The position numbers were made by a program, and so were the translations under genes. Shown one piece after another: positions 37,698 to 50,886 of a stretch of DNA of 64,000 nt. Every line of letters begins with the position of its first letter. The stretch's first letter is position 1. Origin of the DNA: Octopus sinensis (taxonomy: Eukaryota); assembly GCF_006345805.1 (NCBI RefSeq), contig NC_043007.1, positions 51,150,001 to 51,214,000 on the forward strand, read 5' to 3'. The notes beneath the pieces are model-generated. The model made no database searches, was not told where the DNA came from, and saw nothing but the letters and a program-made list of their open reading frames with translations.

Positions 37698-40600
37698 TAG
37701 TTTTATTTTTATAGCGTGCTTTCACTTCCCTACCGAGCGCAGCTCTGTGTGCCTTGGGTATATGCTGTGATTTGTTGTGATGCTCTGATGGTTATTGTAT
37801 GGAAAGTGTTCTGCGTAGGATGTGTGCAGTGCCTAGTAGTGCCATTTTCTGTATGTTATATGTGTTTGTAAGTCCTGGTGTTTTTGTTATGTATTTGTCT
37901 GAATAATTTTTTAACATGCCTAATCACCTACTATGATAGGAATTGTTTCTGTTTTTAGATTCCACATTCTAGTTACCTCTATTTCCAGGTCTTTGTATTT
38001 TGAGAGTTTCTCCATTTCTTTTAAAGACACGTTGTCATCTGCCGGTATTGATACATCAATTAGAAAGCATTTTTTTCTTCATGATCTCTGACAACTATAT
38101 CTGGTCTGTTGGCCTTAATTTCTCTATCTGTGTGTATCGGCATATCCCAGAGTATGGTTGCTTTCTCGTTTTCTGTGAACTTTTCTGGTGTGTGCCTATA
38201 CCATCTTTTTTCTGTGGTTATTCCATAATGTTGGCATAGCTTCCAATGTATGTAGGTTCCAACTCTGTCATGTCTGTGAATATATTCCTTCTTAGCCAGG
38301 ACTGGGTAGCTAGAGATAATATGATTTATTGTTTCTTGTCCATCTCCACATATTCTGCAGTTACTTGTAATATTTCTTTTCGTTACATGTTTTTGGTAAT
38401 TTCTGGTGGGGAGGCTTTGGTCTTGTGCTGCAATTAAAAAATCCTCTGTCTCTGCTTTGAGTCCTGAGCTTCTCAACATTGCTGGGATTTTTCTTTGTCT
38501 ATTTCTTTTGCATTTAGTTTAGTCCAGTATTTGCCATGAAGGGGCTTTTCTGCCATCGTTTTATCATGGTTCGTTGCTGTTCTATTTTTAGTTTGGATTC
38601 ATTTGTTTTATAGCTTTTGTTGTCTTCTTCTTCTTATCTTCTTCTTCTTCTTCTTCTTCTTCTTCTTCTTCTTCTTCTTCTCTTCTTCTTCCTTCTTCTT
38701 CTTCTTCTTCTTCTTCTTCTTCTTCTTTCTTCTTCTTCTTCTTCTTCTTCTTCTTCTTCTTCTTCTTCATATTTATTAGGTGGTATGATTTCTTGTTTGT
38801 ATTTGTCAGCTTCCTTAAATACTGAGAACAGTTTTTTGTTTTGCTCGTGTTTTGCCGTTATTTGTATCAGTTTTCCTTCCTTCTGAAGTAGATATTTTTG
38901 CAGTCCTATGGTGGTTATTTTATAGTAGTTTTCTAGCTGTATAAGGCCTCTACCACCTGCTATACGTTGTATATATAGTCTTTCTATGTCAGATTTTGGG
39001 TGATGCATCCTAGATCCTGTCAGTATTTTTCTTGTTTTCCTATCTATTTTGGTCAGTTCATTTAGTGTCCAGTTAAGGATATTGTAGCTGTTACTTATAA
39101 CTGGGACAGCTAAAGTGTTAATACCTATTAACATGTTTTTAGCATTGAGCTCTGTTTTTAGTATTGATCTAACTCGTCTATAATATTCTTTTTTTATTTT
39201 CTCTTTCATTTGTGTGTGTTGTGTCTTATCTAGTTCATGGATTCCTAAGTATTTGTAAGTTTGGCTTTTGTCTATATCTTTTATTTCATTGGTTTTATCT
39301 AGTGTGATGTTGCTACTCTTAACTAGTTTTCCTCTTTTCATGGTTACTTTGGCGCATTTTTCTAATCCAAATTTCATATCTATTTCTTTGGTAAATCCAT
39401 GAACTGTCTTTAATAGTGTTTCCAGCTGTTTGTCATTTGCAGCGTATAGTTTTAGGTTATCCATATATAAAAGGTGGCTGATCGTTTTGCCGTAACATTT
39501 ATATCCGCATCCAGTTCTATTTAGCATATCAGATAGAGGTGACAGTGCCAAGCAGAAAAGAAGTGGAGAGAGCGTGTCTCCCTGGAATATTCCTCTTCTA
39601 ATGGGGATGGCTTTGGTTTTCATGAGACCCTCTTTTGTTTGGAGCTGTAGCACTGTTTGCCATTTATTCATAAAGTGCCCTATGTACTTTATAATTGTTG
39701 GTGCAACTTTGTTCATGGCGAGTGTTTCGAGGATCCATGTGTGGGGGTGGTATCAAACGCCTTTTCGTAGTCTATCCAAGCCATACTGAGGCCTTTCTTC
39801 TTTCTGTGGCTGTCTTCAGTTATGGCTTTTTTGATCATTAGTTGATCTTTACAGCCATATGAGCCTTTGCGGCATCCTTTCTGCTCTTCTGGAAACAGGT
39901 TGTTTTCGTCCAGGTGCTTGTTCAATCCTTGCAATATTACTGCGGTAAGTGCTTTGTACATCGTAGGGAGACAGATTATAGGTCTGTAGTTTTCTGGTTT
40001 TGCTGTCTCATTTGATTTGGGAATTAAGATGGTTTTCCCCTTCGTGAGCCATTCAGGCATTGTCTCTGGCTCTGCCAGTATGTTGTTAAAATTTTCAGCC
40101 AAAATTTTGTGCATTCCTGTTAGATATTTCAACCAGAAGTTGGGTATCTTGTCATGCCCACGTGCCTTCCAGTTGCTTAGTCTTTCCATTGCCTGGGTGA
40201 CCTCTTCAGTTGTTATGGGGGTCCAAAGTTGCTCAGATGCTGAGTTTGTTGTTTTAATACTCCTTTTTGTTTTTGGTTGTTCGTTCGCCGACCATATTTC
40301 TCTCCAGAATTCTTCCACTTCTTCTGCAGTGATTTCTATTTTATTTTTGCCAAGTTCTTGTTGGAACTTTTTGGGGTTGGAGTTGAACTGTTTGTTTTGT
40401 TCAAAGAAGCGCTGGTGTTTCTCGTACCGGCGGATCCTTTGTGCTTTGGCAAGGATATCTTGCTTCAGCTTTTCTTTTATCTCAGGTAAATATTTTTCTG
40501 TGATGGTATATTTGCGGAGTATTTTTGTTTTCTTTTTGTTGCTCAGTAGCGTTGATTGTCGACTGATTTCATTAACAATCGACAGATCTTTTCTAATTTT

Positions 40601-41267
40601 TTGTATTTTGTTTTGGATGTTATTTATCCACAGGGTTTATTTGGGTGGTGATAATCCTGTTTGGATGGGTTTGAGTGTGTATCCAGCTTCTTTTGTGGCT
40701 GCAGTGGCTGCTGCGTATACTAAGTTATTTAGCTCAGTGATATCGCTTTTTGTTTCAGTGGCTATTAGTTCCGTGACGGCTAGGTTTATGCTGTTTATAA
40801 TTGGTGTTGTTGTTTCGTCTATTTTGATTTTTGGGAGGTATGGTCGGTGGTCCATTTTGAGCTCTGTGGTTTTCAGTTCTTTGATTATTTTACTTTTTAT
40901 ATTATCATAATCATTAGGCTCCCCTTCGTTCTTTCCAGGTTTTAGCTTTGTGTCGCGTTCTTTCTTATTTATATGTTTGTTTGCCGTGTTTTGGCTTGCT
41001 GTTTGTCGTGTATTATTATGCATTCTTACGGTCTGGGTTTGTTGTTTTTTGTTTACATCGTGTTTGTTGGGAATGTTACGTTTGTCTTCGTGTTTTACTG
41101 TTTCAGTGTTTATATTATTGGGCATTGTTGTGTGGCTTCTATCTTCATTTTCCTGGTGTATTTTTTCTTTTAGATGTTCTATTTCTATTTCTGATATTTT
41201 TTTGCGTTGAGACTGTATCTTCGTACGTTAGCTAATTTTATGTATCTTCATACGTTAGCTAATTTTA
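37693..41267 (-). mobile_element. Dong/R4-like LINE copy B, 5'-truncated, in a (TAA)n array
   Basis: ORF 38634-39716 has RGIFQGDTLSPLLF, HLLYMDNLKLY (YMDD changed to YMDN), KFGLEKC, YKYLG; same 3' end CTACTGAA(TAA)n; (TTA)n at 37611-37692 and about 41268-41306. Confidence 0.93.
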
Positions 41268-41270
41268 TTA

Positions 41271-41310
<40 letters not shown>

Positions 41311-41705
41311 AGGCGACGAGTTGGCAGAATCGTTAGCACGCCGGTCGAAATGCTTAGCGGTATTTCGTCTGTCGTTACGTTCTGAGTTCAAATTCCTCCG
41401 AGGTCGACTTTGCCTTTCATCCTTTCCTGGTCGATTAAATAATTACCAGTTGCACACTGGGGTCGATATAATCGACTTAATCCGTTTGTCTGTCCTTGTT
41501 TGTCCTCTCTGTGTTTAGCCCCTTGTGTGTAGTAAAGAAATAGGTATTTCGTCTGCTGTTACGTTCTGAGTTCAAATTCCGCCGAGTTCGACTTTTTCTT
41601 TTATCTTTTCAGGGTCGATTAAATAGGTACCAGATACACACTGGGGTAGATGTAATCGACTTAATCCTACCCCAAAAATTTGAGGCCTTATGCTTCCTAT
41701 AGAAA
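41311..41705 (+). mobile_element. SINE S1 followed by a partial second S1 with a different tail
   Basis: GGTATTTCGTCTG..GTTACGTTCTGAGTTCAAATTCC occurs at about 41359 and 41543. Confidence 0.85.
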
Positions 41706-42063
41706 GAATTGTTGTTGTTTTGCTTAGGCATAGCAATACTAATAATCTGGTGTTAGAACTGGATATAATTATGCTTCAGAACAAAGCGTCAATCGAGCAA
41801 CGGGCAGTAATAAGAAATTAAAATGAGAAGGAAATAAATTATGTCATGAACTTCATTAGCTTTCACCAGTTACTACTAAATAATGCAATGCACTTGTAGT
41901 TGAATGTTTGTTTATCATTTTATAGCTTCGTCGGATCTTAAAATTAAAATGCAAATTTATTCGGGAGAGGATTTACACTTATATATATTTTAAACAGCTA
42001 TAAGCTAATGAGGTTCATAAAACAATTTTAAACCGCTATCATTTTAATTTCATTTACATACAA

Positions 42064-42099
<36 letters not shown>

Positions 42100-42378
42100 T
42101 GTATGTATGTATGTGTATATATATATATATATATATATACTCACACACACACATACGCGTGTGTGCGTGTGTATGTGTGTTTATGTATTTACACGTGTCT
42201 TTAGGTGTATCTTCAGTCTGTTCTTTATAAAGGACACAATAACCAACTAGATCATAATAGAGTATAAAATATGTGCTGCTCCTCAATATACTGATTCTTT
42301 AAATTTTTTCTTAAAACTAATTGCGGAATAAAAAGATATCTATGTATGATTGTATGTATGTGCAATGCATATACATAT

Positions 42379-43570
42379 ATGGAGCTCAGAGCTGTCTGCA
42401 TTTAACATAAGCATATCTCACCATGCTTTTGCAGTACCAGCGCCAATACCAACATTTGGGATACTGGACTGGATACTTGATGGGATACGCAGCCGGGAAA
42501 TCAAAATCAGAAAGGTACTGACCAACACTGGCAACTTCCACATTAACAGTGATTTATGTGAGACGAAATGTTGGTGGTAAAGTTCAGTCGATGCAGCTTT
42601 TGAATGTCGCATTGTAACACCTGCTGAACAGTAAAGAAATGTGTATATTCCACGTATCCTCAAAAGTGAGAGCAACAACATCTTCAGAGTTGGAAAATAC
42701 ACTGTCTCGTGCGAATCAAAGAAGGCTGGACTGGGCTACCTAAACAGCTTGGAGGCGAAAAGGCATCATACCAACAAAAAACATACCAACAAAAAACAAT
42801 GTATGGTACATATTCCGTAAGCTAGAGAGCGACAACAGCATTGAGAGGTGGAGTAGCCTCTCCTGGACCTGCGATATATGCATTACATCCCACCTAGAAG
42901 GATATGGTTTCGCTTTTCAGGAACAGAAAATAGCTACTAAATACCTGATAAACACGAGGGTCAAAGATATCACCATACTTTCTCGTTGTGATAAAATATG
43001 TCGGCTCTGCTGTAGCAGTGTGGAAGATATCACCCACATCATCAGCAGCTGCCCCAAAATGTCTACGAGATACTACCTACCTCTGAGGCATGATATTGTT
43101 TCAAAGACTATTTATAATGCTATCCGCAAGAAGGACTGCTCTGACGTATACATCAAATGCATGTCAGAACTAGAGAGTATTCATTCACACTGTTAAAAAC
43201 AAGGAATTCTAGTGGAACATCCCAATAAAAACACCAATTCGGTGCAAACATAACAGACCTGATATTGTTTTGTGATATGGCACTGATGTAAAGCTCAACT
43301 CTCCGGTGGATGTGAATGTACAATCAAAAGTCCAGGAAAAATAGAACATTTCTGGCGAATGAATGTGGAACTTACAACCCTTGTACTCTGACTATGAATT
43401 CGCATTTGTACCTATCATCATAGGCACATTTGCACAAATTTGCACAGAAACCTAGAAATACTTGGTTTCACGGAGAAAGCAAAAGAAACTGACGTGGATT
43501 TTTCAAATCCAATCTATAAGTGGCACAATGAAGATATGTAAGACATTCCCAAAATTTTCTATCTGAGATT
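42379..43570 (+). mobile_element. Decayed RLE-type LINE copy E (third family)
   Basis: HAFAVP..TFGILDW, FAFQEQKIATKY, CRLC...VEDITHIISSCP, RHD, WNIPIKT...HNRPDIV, FVPIIIG. Confidence 0.85.
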
Positions 43571-43970
43571 TTTATGCGAATAGATGCACACACTTGGTTG
43601 TATGCATCAACAGTTCAACCAATACACCAACTCAACCGCATGTTTACAAACACCAGGAACTCTCTTAACTCAAAAAGTCTGGTCACTTGGTTAGCGACCA
43701 ACTTGAACTCTCTCATGATGAACTTGAATAAAACTCAAAGAAAAATCATACATACATATGTGCATGGGTGTGTATGCATGTACGTATGTATGTATAGTGT
43801 TTGCTCATTAGACAAAATAATCTACTGTATTTAAAGTATAACATTCTGCGTTCAAATACTTTGCTTTTCATCTTTCTGCAATCGATAGAATATAAAGTAG
43901 TTCTGTCTGGGGGCCCATTCTATCTCTTAAAATGTTTATTGTATCATTGTTCAATTTCTGTATTACCTCA

Positions 43971-44098
43971 CTGAACTGATATCGATATTAATCTTTCTAA
44001 TCATTTACATATGATGGCAACGAATGCGTCCCTTAGCTTTTAATATTCTCTATTAATAAAAGCAGCCCGTATATCTCGGATTTCGAGCAAGTGTAAGA
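43971..44098 (+). repeat. 128-bp segment duplicated in inverted orientation at 46571-46697
   Basis: 5 mismatches in about 128 bp by manual alignment. Confidence 0.9.
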
Positions 44099-44624
44099 AT
44101 TTTTCAATTGTGTAAGCTGTATATACCTAATCCAGATTAGAGCGTCATGTGATGGTGCCAAAACGTAGACAAAACAATCGCAATACAGAGTATCGAATAA
44201 CTGAAGCAATATGTAAACATGTTTCATATTCGGAGAACTAGATATATGTATGATACACGGTCGTATATATATGGTCGAACATAGCGAGTAGCTTAGCTAA
44301 ATAAATCGTTCACACAGCCCTCGCAGACGTTCATTGCTATTCACGTGAGTACCATTGTTCACCAATTTATAACTTGGAGTTTCGTTATATCATAGATCTT
44401 AGCTCTCTCCAAAACATAGCACTATGATTTTGGAGCAATACAGGAGTCTTCGTCATCAGACTTTTGGATTTAATCCACGTCCAAGACATAATGCTGCAGT
44501 TTTAATTTAGGTTAGGCAGTGAGCGGGAAGATTCGTTACAAAGTCAGGATGCCTTGCAGTATTTCTTTTGGTACTTTATGTTCTGGATTCAAAGCCCACC
44601 GAAATCATCTTTGCCATCCATCCT

Positions 44625-45013
44625 TACGGGTGTTGACTGAGTAACAATGAAGCGCCGGGGTCGGCTAAATTGCTGTTCCTGAGCCTAAATTAGAAACATA
44701 TTAAATTTAAATTCTAAGTTCATCTCACCTCAATGAAACTTAATACATCAAAGTGTGTTTGCTCGCAACAGAAGATATCCCTGTTACTGTTATGCTGTTG
44801 TAATTTTATAGGTAGCTACGGGTGTTGACTGAGTAACAATGAAGCGCCGGGGTCGGCTAAATTGCTGTTCCTGAGCCTAAATTAGAAACATATTAAATTT
44901 AAATTCTAAGTTCATCTCACCTCAATGAAACTTAATACATCAAAGTGTGTTTGCTCGCAACAGAAGATATCCCTGTTACTGTTATGCTGTTGTAATTTTA
45001 TAGGTAGCTACGG
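44625..45013. repeat. Perfect 192-bp tandem duplication
   Basis: Units start at 44625 and 44817; TACGG recurs at 45009; no differences seen. Confidence 0.95.
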
Positions 45014-45175
45014 TTGGCTAACGGACCAGAAATTCTAAGTCATGAGTTCATGTCCCATAGCAGGCTATTTCCCTCTATTTCAAACAATACAGTTGATTCT
45101 AAGTTATTTCAGTACACTTTACCACTTTTAATCGATAACTTAGTCATCCTACAAATGTTATATACTTGGGTCCTA

Positions 45176-45405
45176 AGGCGGCGAACTGGCAGAAACGTTA
45201 GCACGCCGAGCGAAATGCGTAGCCGTATTTCGTCTGCCGTTACGTTCTGAGTTCAAATTCCGCCGAGGTCGACTTTGCCTTTCATCCTTTCGGGGTCGAT
45301 AAATTAAGTACCAGTTGCGCACTGGGGTCGATGTAATCGACTTAATCCGTTTGTCTGTCCTTGTTTGTCCTCTCTGCGTTTAGCCCCTTGTGGGTAGTAA
45401 AGAAA
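45176..45405 (+). mobile_element. SINE S1, full length, with a 17-bp target-site duplication
   Basis: TATATACTTGGGTCCTA at 45159-45175 and 45406-45422. Confidence 0.93.
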
Positions 45406-45484
45406 TATATACTTGGGTCCTATCCTGAAGGATATTTAGCCGTCATTAACTTCAAATCATGATACTATTGGGGCATCCCATAAA

Positions 45485-46068
45485 TGTGCAGAATCTGTGA
45501 ACAAAACGGACGGTTAAACCGTATGACATATCACCAATCAATGTACGCCACTAGCCCAGAAGGAATATAAGAGACGCCACGACAATATAGCCAAGGCATC
45601 GTCGAAAATAGAAATTCAAAGATCCTATGGGATTTTATGATTCAGTGCAACCATGAGATAGAGGATAGGAAGCCGGATATAGTCTTAATTTAGAAAGAAA
45701 ACGAACTATGCTGGATCATTGATATAGCATGCCCAGCTGACAACAAGGTATGCGACAAGGAAGAAAGAAAAGTTGAGAGATATGACAGGTTAGCTTGGGA
45801 AGTTAAGCAGTTGTGGTCGATGAAAAAGGTAGCAGTAGTACCAATAATTGTCGGAGCTCTGGGAACAGTGAGTAAAAAAAATCTCGAGACGTACGTGGAA
45901 CAAATAGGGGTTGCAATAAAGATGGAGCACTAGCAGGAAACAGCACTGCTTGAAACCGCTCGAATACTCCGGAAGTTGCTCGAAAAATAAGAGGTGTTAC
46001 CTTAGTTCACTGGTAGTGAACAGATGACACTGTAGTACATCTCCAGCGATAGAAGCTGTGCAAAGGCT
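45485..46068 (+). mobile_element. 5'-truncated RLE-type LINE copy F (similar to family D)
   Basis: CRICEQN, LAQKEYKRRHDN, ILWDFMIQC..RKPDIV..IIDIACPAD..DKEERKVERY, VVPIIVGALG; (TAA)n tail. Confidence 0.88.
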
Positions 46069-46097
46069 ATAATAATAATAATAACAACAACAACAAC

Positions 46098-46270
46098 AAC
46101 ATCGAAAAATACTTTAGGAATGAGAACCCAGGTTCGAAATTTCCCCAAGACATCTGATGAAGACTGGAGGGTATATCAGCCGAAACGTTGAGTTAACAGC
46201 AAACAAGATGAGGACGAATATTTGTCAAATGTAAATAATGTAAACAATGTACAGCTCTTAAAAATAGAAC
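46098..46270 (+). mobile_element. Headless copy of the HHR module of the tRNA/HHR element
   Basis: Matches 63819-64000; HHR-like 46149-46194 GACAT-CTGATGA-a-GACTG..CAGCC-GAAAC-GTT-GAGTT (AACGTT palindrome intact, stems I and II mismatched). Confidence 0.85.
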
Positions 46271-46279
46271 TGTCTTGTA

Positions 46280-46914
46280 ATATGTTTGGTGGGATATGAA
46301 GGGTTTAGTCCACTTTGAAATTTTAAATCCAAACCAAACGATGAAAAAGGAGATCTACTGCAAAGCAGCTTGAGTGGCTTAAGTCAGCGCTAGAAGTAAA
46401 ATAACCATCTTTGGTTTCAAGACGAAAGATGTTCTTCCATTAGGATAATGCTTGGCCACATACAACGAAGATGACATTCCAAATTGGAACAATGTGAATG
46501 GAAAACGATACCCCACCCACCATATTCGCCGGACATTGCCCACATCTGATTACCATTTATTCCGCAGACTTCTTACACTTGCTCAAAATCCGAGATATAC
46601 GGGTTGCTTTTATTAATAGAGAATATTAAAAGCTATGGGACGCATTCGTTGCCATCATATGTAAATGATTAGGAAGATTAATATCAATATCAGTTCAGAA
46701 CGGATAAAATATGAATTCGGTAGACGAGGGGTATTTTTCGTCATAACAAGTTAATTTTGGAAGAGGGTCCTTACAAGTCTACCAGATAGATGGATGAGCA
46801 TTGTAGAAAATGAAGGAAAGTATATTTTAGGATGAAAAAAGAACTTTGTTTATCTCAATTCTGAAAAATAAAAGAAGTATAAAAAAAAAATGCATTATTT
46901 ATAGAATGACCCAA
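46280..46914 (+). mobile_element. Mariner 3'-half remnant interrupted by an inverted local duplication
   Basis: VWWDMKGLVHFE, DNAWPHT, IPHPPYSPDIA.SDYHLFR, SLPDRW; right-TIR-like TTATTTATAGAATGACCCAA. Confidence 0.8.
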
Positions 46915-48103
46915 CAGAACCAGGAACCGGTTTTTAATAAGCTAATAAGATTTAGGAGTTATATATTCGTTTATATGTATATTTTTAATGTTAATTCTTT
47001 TCTTCTTTGGAAAATTTAATTTCTACCCATTATCCTTTCAGTAGCACTGTTTCAGGGTTTAATGTCTTGGTCAAGTACACAGCACAAGAGCCTCACCCCA
47101 AAATGAAACAGTGAACAACTCAAGCCGACACTTTACTGCGGCGAGTTGATACAGTTATGTGAAGTAGACCAAACAGTGACAACAAGGGAGGTGACCTTTA
47201 CATGGTCGTTGGTCATGTTAGAAATAATATCCAAATTTAGATGAATTCACATCCTACCACCATAAAAAGAAAGAACACATTTGATAATGTTATCATAGAT
47301 ATATTATGTCCTTAGAGAAAAATTGGGAAATGCATTTGATCATAGTTCTGCTAGATACGAACAGAACAGACCTCGAAGGCAACATTACCAACAGACGAAG
47401 TATATATTTAATTATGTCATTCTAGTTACCACATATTAAGCAAAAGATAAAATGAGGAAGGTTAGGGCATAGTTATGAATGGCACAATGTTGAACGACAA
47501 TACAAATCCCACACCAACAATAGAAAAAAACAACCGTTTAGTGACATAGGTTTGTTTTCTTTCATTTAATGATTCGTATACGTTTTAATTTAAATCATAA
47601 ACAGACACATACACATATACACAAACACACACACGCTCACATATACACAGATTCATGCATTCATAGAGAGCTTATTTTTTTATACTAATGCAACAAACTG
47701 AGCCTCACAATTTGGTTTCGTAATTACGAAATTTATTTAAGACCCAAGAGCAAACACCACAACATATACCTTTCTCATCCGTTTACAAAACTTTCATGAA
47801 GAGAAATAAATAGAATGAGATCAAAAGATCTTTATTGTTGTTGTTGTTAATATTTGTTTTTTGTTTGGTTCAATAAATTTCACTTTGAAATGGTGCCCCA
47901 GCATGGCCGCGGCCTTCGGGCTAAAACATTTTTAAGGATTTATCGCTGCTATCAAATATTTCAGATAACGTTGATGTTGTTATTGCTGCTGTTGCAACTG
48001 TTCTTTCTATTGTTAATACTTTTGTAATTTCTGGCCCTTTTTTCTTCTGAATTGCTTTTATTTTCATCATTAAACAAATCGCTAGACAAATAACGTGAGA
48101 AAT

Positions 48104-48213
<110 letters not shown>

Positions 48214-48236
48214 CAGACAGACAGACAGACAAACAG

Positions 48237-48288
<52 letters not shown>

Positions 48289-48469
48289 ACATATATGTAT
48301 ATATAAACATAGGTATGCATACACACACTACAAACGCACGTATATACATGTATGTATTGTGTACATAAGAATTATATATGTGCGTGTGTTTGTGTACGTA
48401 GTTAATTCACATTTGTGTCGGTGACACGAGGTAAAGTAACATTTTGTGATGTGGAGTGAATGTAAACTA

Positions 48470-48845
48470 TATAACTGGGCCCCACTGCATAGTGCCAAGG
48501 ACTCCAAATTTGCCATCAAGATGTAGGACAAGACACTGCAATAGCCTGAGGTTCAGAGGTCCACAGCTCTTCGATATCTTCCTGAAGGACCTGAGAGACC
48601 TGCATGGGGTGAATGTAGGTGTCTTCAAAATAAAGCTGGACCTCTTCCTGTCAGGTTTTCCAGATGAACCAACTTCACGGCAGGAGGTGCAGCTGCATCA
48701 AACTCTCTCATGCACCAAATGTCAATTGCTAAAAAGCATTCGTGAAGTAAAATTATGTAGCAACGCCAAATGGCGGTTCCCCAGCATGGCCTCAGCTCAT
48801 GAGCTGAAACTAGATGAAATAAAAAAATAAAATAAATAAAATAAA
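48470..48845 (+). mobile_element. CR1/L2-group LINE 3' fragment
   Basis: NSLRFRGPQLF..LRDLHG..V.VFK.KLDLFL...PDEP C-terminal pattern; hairpin CAGCTCATGAGCTG and (TAAAA)n tail. Confidence 0.7.
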
Positions 48846-49274
48846 TACACACACGCACGGACGTACGGACACGCACGGACACCCACACATTGACGCATTC
48901 AGTTTATTGCAACTCTCACATGCACATTTACATATGCAAGTCAATACGTAAATGCGGAGGAAGAGATCTTAAAGACACACAGAGGCGTACATATATAAAT
49001 GCATTGAAATACATATATACAGTACAGATACAAACATGCACACGCACACAAACATAGATATACATACGTCAATAAATGAATTGAACTTGTACATTCGTCT
49101 ATATTCAACTATACTTATACTTGTACATTCAAGATCTTACGAAGGGCTTATTTAAACAATTACCTGATAAGGTGCATTTTAAACCACTGATGGATGATAA
49201 TAATCAAGCAACATCTCACCAATGCCGAAACAATTGTAGTGTCTTTAAATAAAGAACGTCGCTCATTTTATTTT

Positions 49275-49368
<94 letters not shown>

Positions 49369-49400
49369 ATCTATCTATCTATCATCTGTCTGTCTGTCTA

Positions 49401-49455
<55 letters not shown>

Positions 49456-49458
<3 letters not shown>

Positions 49459-49620
49459 ACGGGAAGCTTTATGAAAATAAACAAAAGACGAAGGCAGGTG
49501 GAATATAAACGAACAATTGTATTAGTGTGGCGCTCAGGAATATAAATAAAACAAGTCTTTTACGTTTCGAGCCTACGCTCTTCAACAAGATTCACAGAAA
49601 AGAAACAAGGAGAGAGAAAA
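49456..49620 (-). mobile_element. Second copy of the 3463-3600 repeat; HHR core broken
   Basis: Small deletion removes the CUG and stem I of the HHR seen at 3522-3559. Confidence 0.8.
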
Positions 49621-50886
49621 AAATATATATATATATACATACATACACGCACACACACTCCCACACACATTACGATATTGACCAAACTATCGGATGTTGT
49701 TATTCATCGCTTGTCACAACGCACTTCGGCTTGTTTTAGCCTGCTGGTCAACCTGATGTCACCCTGCTGCTTAGGTGAGATATATATATGTTTGCATGTA
49801 TGCATACATGTTATATACATATAGACATCTATGTATGTACATATGCACGCCTACGCGCCCATATGTGTGTGTACACAAAGGCATTAACGATTACATGAAC
49901 TTAACCAATTCCACAATTTCTTGATTTTTGAAACCAGTTTATGGGTGAGGGGCAGACAGTGATGCCAGGATTGGATTTTGGATTTCATCGGTGCTTGAAA
50001 ATTCACTTCGTTTCAAGGAGAGTTTACGGCTTGTATTGTCTTCATTTAAAATGTATTTTGATTGGTTTAAAGATGGTCACATGATCATGTGTAGCATTTG
50101 GTGAATTCTCTGTGACATCCGTGTATTAGTGTCATTGTATGAACGATAGCTGCACCAAAAGTTGAGGCCATCTTAGTCCAGTAGATATGTCATGTGACAA
50201 TATCACCAGTAATTTCTCTTTATATTAGCCCACGTGACATTATGGCCAATAATTGTACCAAAAGTCAGGGTTTGGATTAATCCAGTGAATGTGTCCTGTG
50301 ATGGTACGAACAAGTAGTTCATAAAATATCTTAAAAAGAAAATATAATAGATTACTCACTTGTATTCGAGTGGCATATGTATTTGCTAGAATGTGTGTGC
50401 ATGCTTGTATATGCGTTTGTCCGCGAGAATGTGAACAGCAGCAGTATAATGTCTTGGGAATGTAGGGGTTATTGTGTGTATCCTTTTCATATGGAGTACC
50501 AACTCACTATAGCGTATTTTGTCGAGGTTTATATTTTTAAACATGGTCTATATTTTTTAATTATCATATTATCTCTATCTGTATCTGATCTGTAGTTTAG
50601 TCAAAACAAAGAGACTTGGTATCTAGAGGATTTGTTGTATATGAGTCTAAATTTTCAGTTATTGGAATCTGACTCGTTTTAGGAGCTAAAATTTTTTAGC
50701 GATGAATAGCTATTCTGTTTCTCAAGGTAAGTTGCACTCGCCAGATTTTAATTTTCTTTCTATCCTAAACATAAATTGCAAAAATTAAGTTTTTTGGCGA
50801 ACAGATGACTTCAATAAAGTTAATAAATATATTTTCTATAAGGTTGTGTGTGTGTGTTGTGTACATGTATTATAATTATATTTATA

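Noticed and set aside
34901-40910. Long ORFs 34901-35443 (minus), 35450-35806 (minus) and 40017-40910 (plus)
   Set aside because: Antisense shadows of the LINE ORF in copies A and B; no independent coding signal.
45468-45486. TTGGGGCATCCCATAAAT as the left TIR of the 46280-46914 mariner
   Set aside because: Only a partial match, and the 5' half of the transposase is absent between them.
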